This document shows, piece by piece, positions 62,544 to 64,000 of a stretch of DNA of 64,000 bases. The notes beneath the pieces were generated by a model, which did not search any database, was not told the DNA's origin, and was given only the letters and a program-made list of their open reading frames with translations. Source of the DNA: Paratractidigestivibacter sp. (GTDB lineage: Bacteria > Bacteroidota > Bacteroidia > Bacteroidales > Bacteroidaceae); NCBI GenBank assembly GCA_963656095.1, contig CAVKHS010000004.1:4931-68930 (forward strand). Direction: 5' to 3'. Each line of letters starts with the position of its first letter. Positions within the stretch are counted from its first letter, which is position 1. The position numbers and the translations under genes were made by a program.

Positions 62544-64000
62544 TTACTTTGTATACGCGTCGATGTAAGGCTCTTGCTTGTCGGCGTGGGCATACTGCTC
62601 AAGCTCAGCTTTGACCTCCTCGTTCTCTTCGTCTTCAAACTTCATCGGCTTGATCTTCTCCTGCAACCATTGGAAGATGCAGAACAGAGCCGGCACGACA
62701 AAGATCTGAATGAGCGTACCGATGAGCATACCACCGACAGCGGCAGCACCCAACGTCTGGTTGCCGTTCTTGCCCACACCGGAGGCGAACATCAGCGGCA
62801 ACAGACCGATGACCATGGCCAACGATGTCATCAGAATAGGACGCAGACGGGCGGCAGCACCAAGGATGGCAGAGTATTTGATGGCCATACCAGTCTCACG
62901 ACGCTCCAAAGCGAACTGCACAATCAAGATGGCGTTCTTTGACAACAGACCGATCAGCATGATCAGTGAGATCTGCATGTAGATGTCGTTGCTGTGGCCA
63001 AAGAGGTTGGTGAAGGCAAAGGCACCCGCCAAACCGAATGGTACGGACAGCAATACTGACAGCGGAAGGATGTAGCTCTCGTACTGGGCGCTCAGAATCA
63101 GATAGACGAATACAAGACAGAGCACAAAGATCAGACTCGTGGAGTTGCTCGACTCTGCCTCGGAACGGCTCAAACCTGAATACTCGTAACCATAACCGGC
63201 AGGAAGGTTGTCATTGGCCACTTCCTCAATGGCTTTCATCACCTGACCGGATGAATAGCCGTCGTTGGCGTTGACACTGACGTTGATGGCGGTGAAGAGG
63301 TTGAAGCGGTTGATGTTGGACGGGCCATAGACCTTTTGCAGTTTGACAAACTCGCTTACCGGTGCCATATCGCCTGTGGCGGTGCGCACATAGATGCGGG
63401 TCAGGCCTTCCGGTGTCATACGGCTGGCTACATCGCCTTGGATCATCACACGGAAGAGCTTGCCGAAGGCGTTGAAGTTAGAAGCATAGAGACCGCCATA
63501 ATAACCTTGCAGCACAGAGAGCACTACCTTGGGCGAGATGCCGGCCTGCTTGGTCTTGGCAACATCCACGTCGACCATGTACTGTGGATAGTTGGGGTTG
63601 TAGGAGGTCATGGCCTGTTGGATCTCAGGGCGCTTGTTGAGTTCGGCGAGGAAGCTCTTTGTGACATTGTAGAACTTGTTCAGGTCGCCGCCTGTCTTGT
63701 CCTGCATGGTCATGGTCACACCGTTCTGTACGGAGAAACCTGGAATCATAGGAGGACCGAAGGCCAGGATCTGTGCGTCCTTGATGCTTGCCGTTTGCTT
63801 GTAGATCATACCCAGCACGGAGTTCTGCTCATAAGGATTGACCACGAGAGCCATGGGATCCTTGTCGTGGATAGCGCGTTTGATGCGGTCAGTGATGCCA
63901 CCGGCACGGTCTTCAAAGGGCTTCAGCTTGATGATGAACGTTGCCTGGTCTGAACCCTGACCGGCAATGAAGTTATAACCGATGATGGCATTGCGGTGAA
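62544..64000 (-). CDS. RND efflux permease (AcrB/HAE1 family), C-terminal ~485 aa; N-terminus beyond the right window edge
   Basis: The reading frame stays open to the window end. The C-terminal TM bundle (LVFVYLILSAQYESYILPLSVLLSVPFGLAGAF..., MTSLAMVIGLLPLMF) is typical of AcrB-type pumps. Confidence 0.92.
   Translation of the reverse strand, partial: HRNAIIGYNFIAGQGSDQATFIIKLKPFEDRAGGITDRIKRAIHDKDPMALVVNPYEQNSVLGMIYKQTASIKDAQILAFGPPMIPGFSVQNGVTMTMQDKTGGDLNKFYNVTKSFLAELNKRPEIQQAMTSYNPNYPQYMVDVDVAKTKQAGISPKVVLSVLQGYYGGLYASNFNAFGKLFRVMIQGDVASRMTPEGLTRIYVRTATGDMAPVSEFVKLQKVYGPSNINRFNLFTAINVSVNANDGYSSGQVMKAIEEVANDNLPAGYGYEYSGLSRSEAESSNSTSLIFVLCLVFVYLILSAQYESYILPLSVLLSVPFGLAGAFAFTNLFGHSNDIYMQISLIMLIGLLSKNAILIVQFALERRETGMAIKYSAILGAAARLRPILMTSLAMVIGLLPLMFASGVGKNGNQTLGAAAVGGMLIGTLIQIFVVPALFCIFQWLQEKIKPMKFEDEENEEVKAELEQYAHADKQEPYIDAYTK

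Noticed and set aside
1-64000. Search for tRNA, rRNA, tmRNA, RNase P, transposase, integrase, cas, toxin-antitoxin pairs or known multi-gene defence systems
   Set aside because: I could find no tRNA T-loop/acceptor patterns, no rRNA-like stretches, and no ORF with DDE transposase, tyrosine/serine recombinase or Cas motifs. Apart from the truncated hsdR, no defence-type gene is visible. An Infernal/tRNAscan run would be needed to exclude small RNAs formally.

Overview
This 64-kb segment reads like a Bacteroidota (Prevotella-like) chromosome. The markers are a SusC/SusD pair, a T9SS C-terminal sorting signal, type III glutamine synthetase, LL-DAP aminotransferase, and TAnnTTTG -7 boxes in front of many genes.

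I call 44 protein-coding genes (2 cut by the window edges) and 1 gene fragment. I found no tRNA, rRNA, CRISPR array, transposase or integrase.

Layout:
- Left edge: the 5' part of an AT-richer type I restriction hsdR. Any associated defence island would continue off-window.
- Housekeeping block: MscS-like channel, ald, rubrerythrin, a nhaC operon with two unknown exported proteins, bcp, pssA/psd, dnaE, tsaE, trxA, luxS-mtnN, a YfhO-like protein, glmS and a tricorn-like protease.
- Nitrogen-assimilation neighbourhood: GSIII, a porin-like barrel, dapL and dapF, divergent from glnK-amt-asnB.
- A five-gene Sus-like operon that ends in a secreted endonuclease I.
- lpxA and the distal end of an RND efflux operon.

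I do not see a convincing, complete new protein-based system. The most unusual signals are:
1. Three collinear ~405-bp copies of an unannotated element with conserved ends and a variable, hairpin-rich core.
2. A 41-nt inverted-repeat-bounded 320-bp segment between hsdR and the core genome, which could be an inverton, a MITE or a structured RNA.
3. The SusC/SusD/DUF4843/PKD-like/endonuclease I operon, possibly an extracellular nucleic-acid foraging locus.
4. An array of TTGAC half-sites in a convergent intergenic region.

All functional assignments come from reading the translated ORFs and recognising family motifs. No database search was run.
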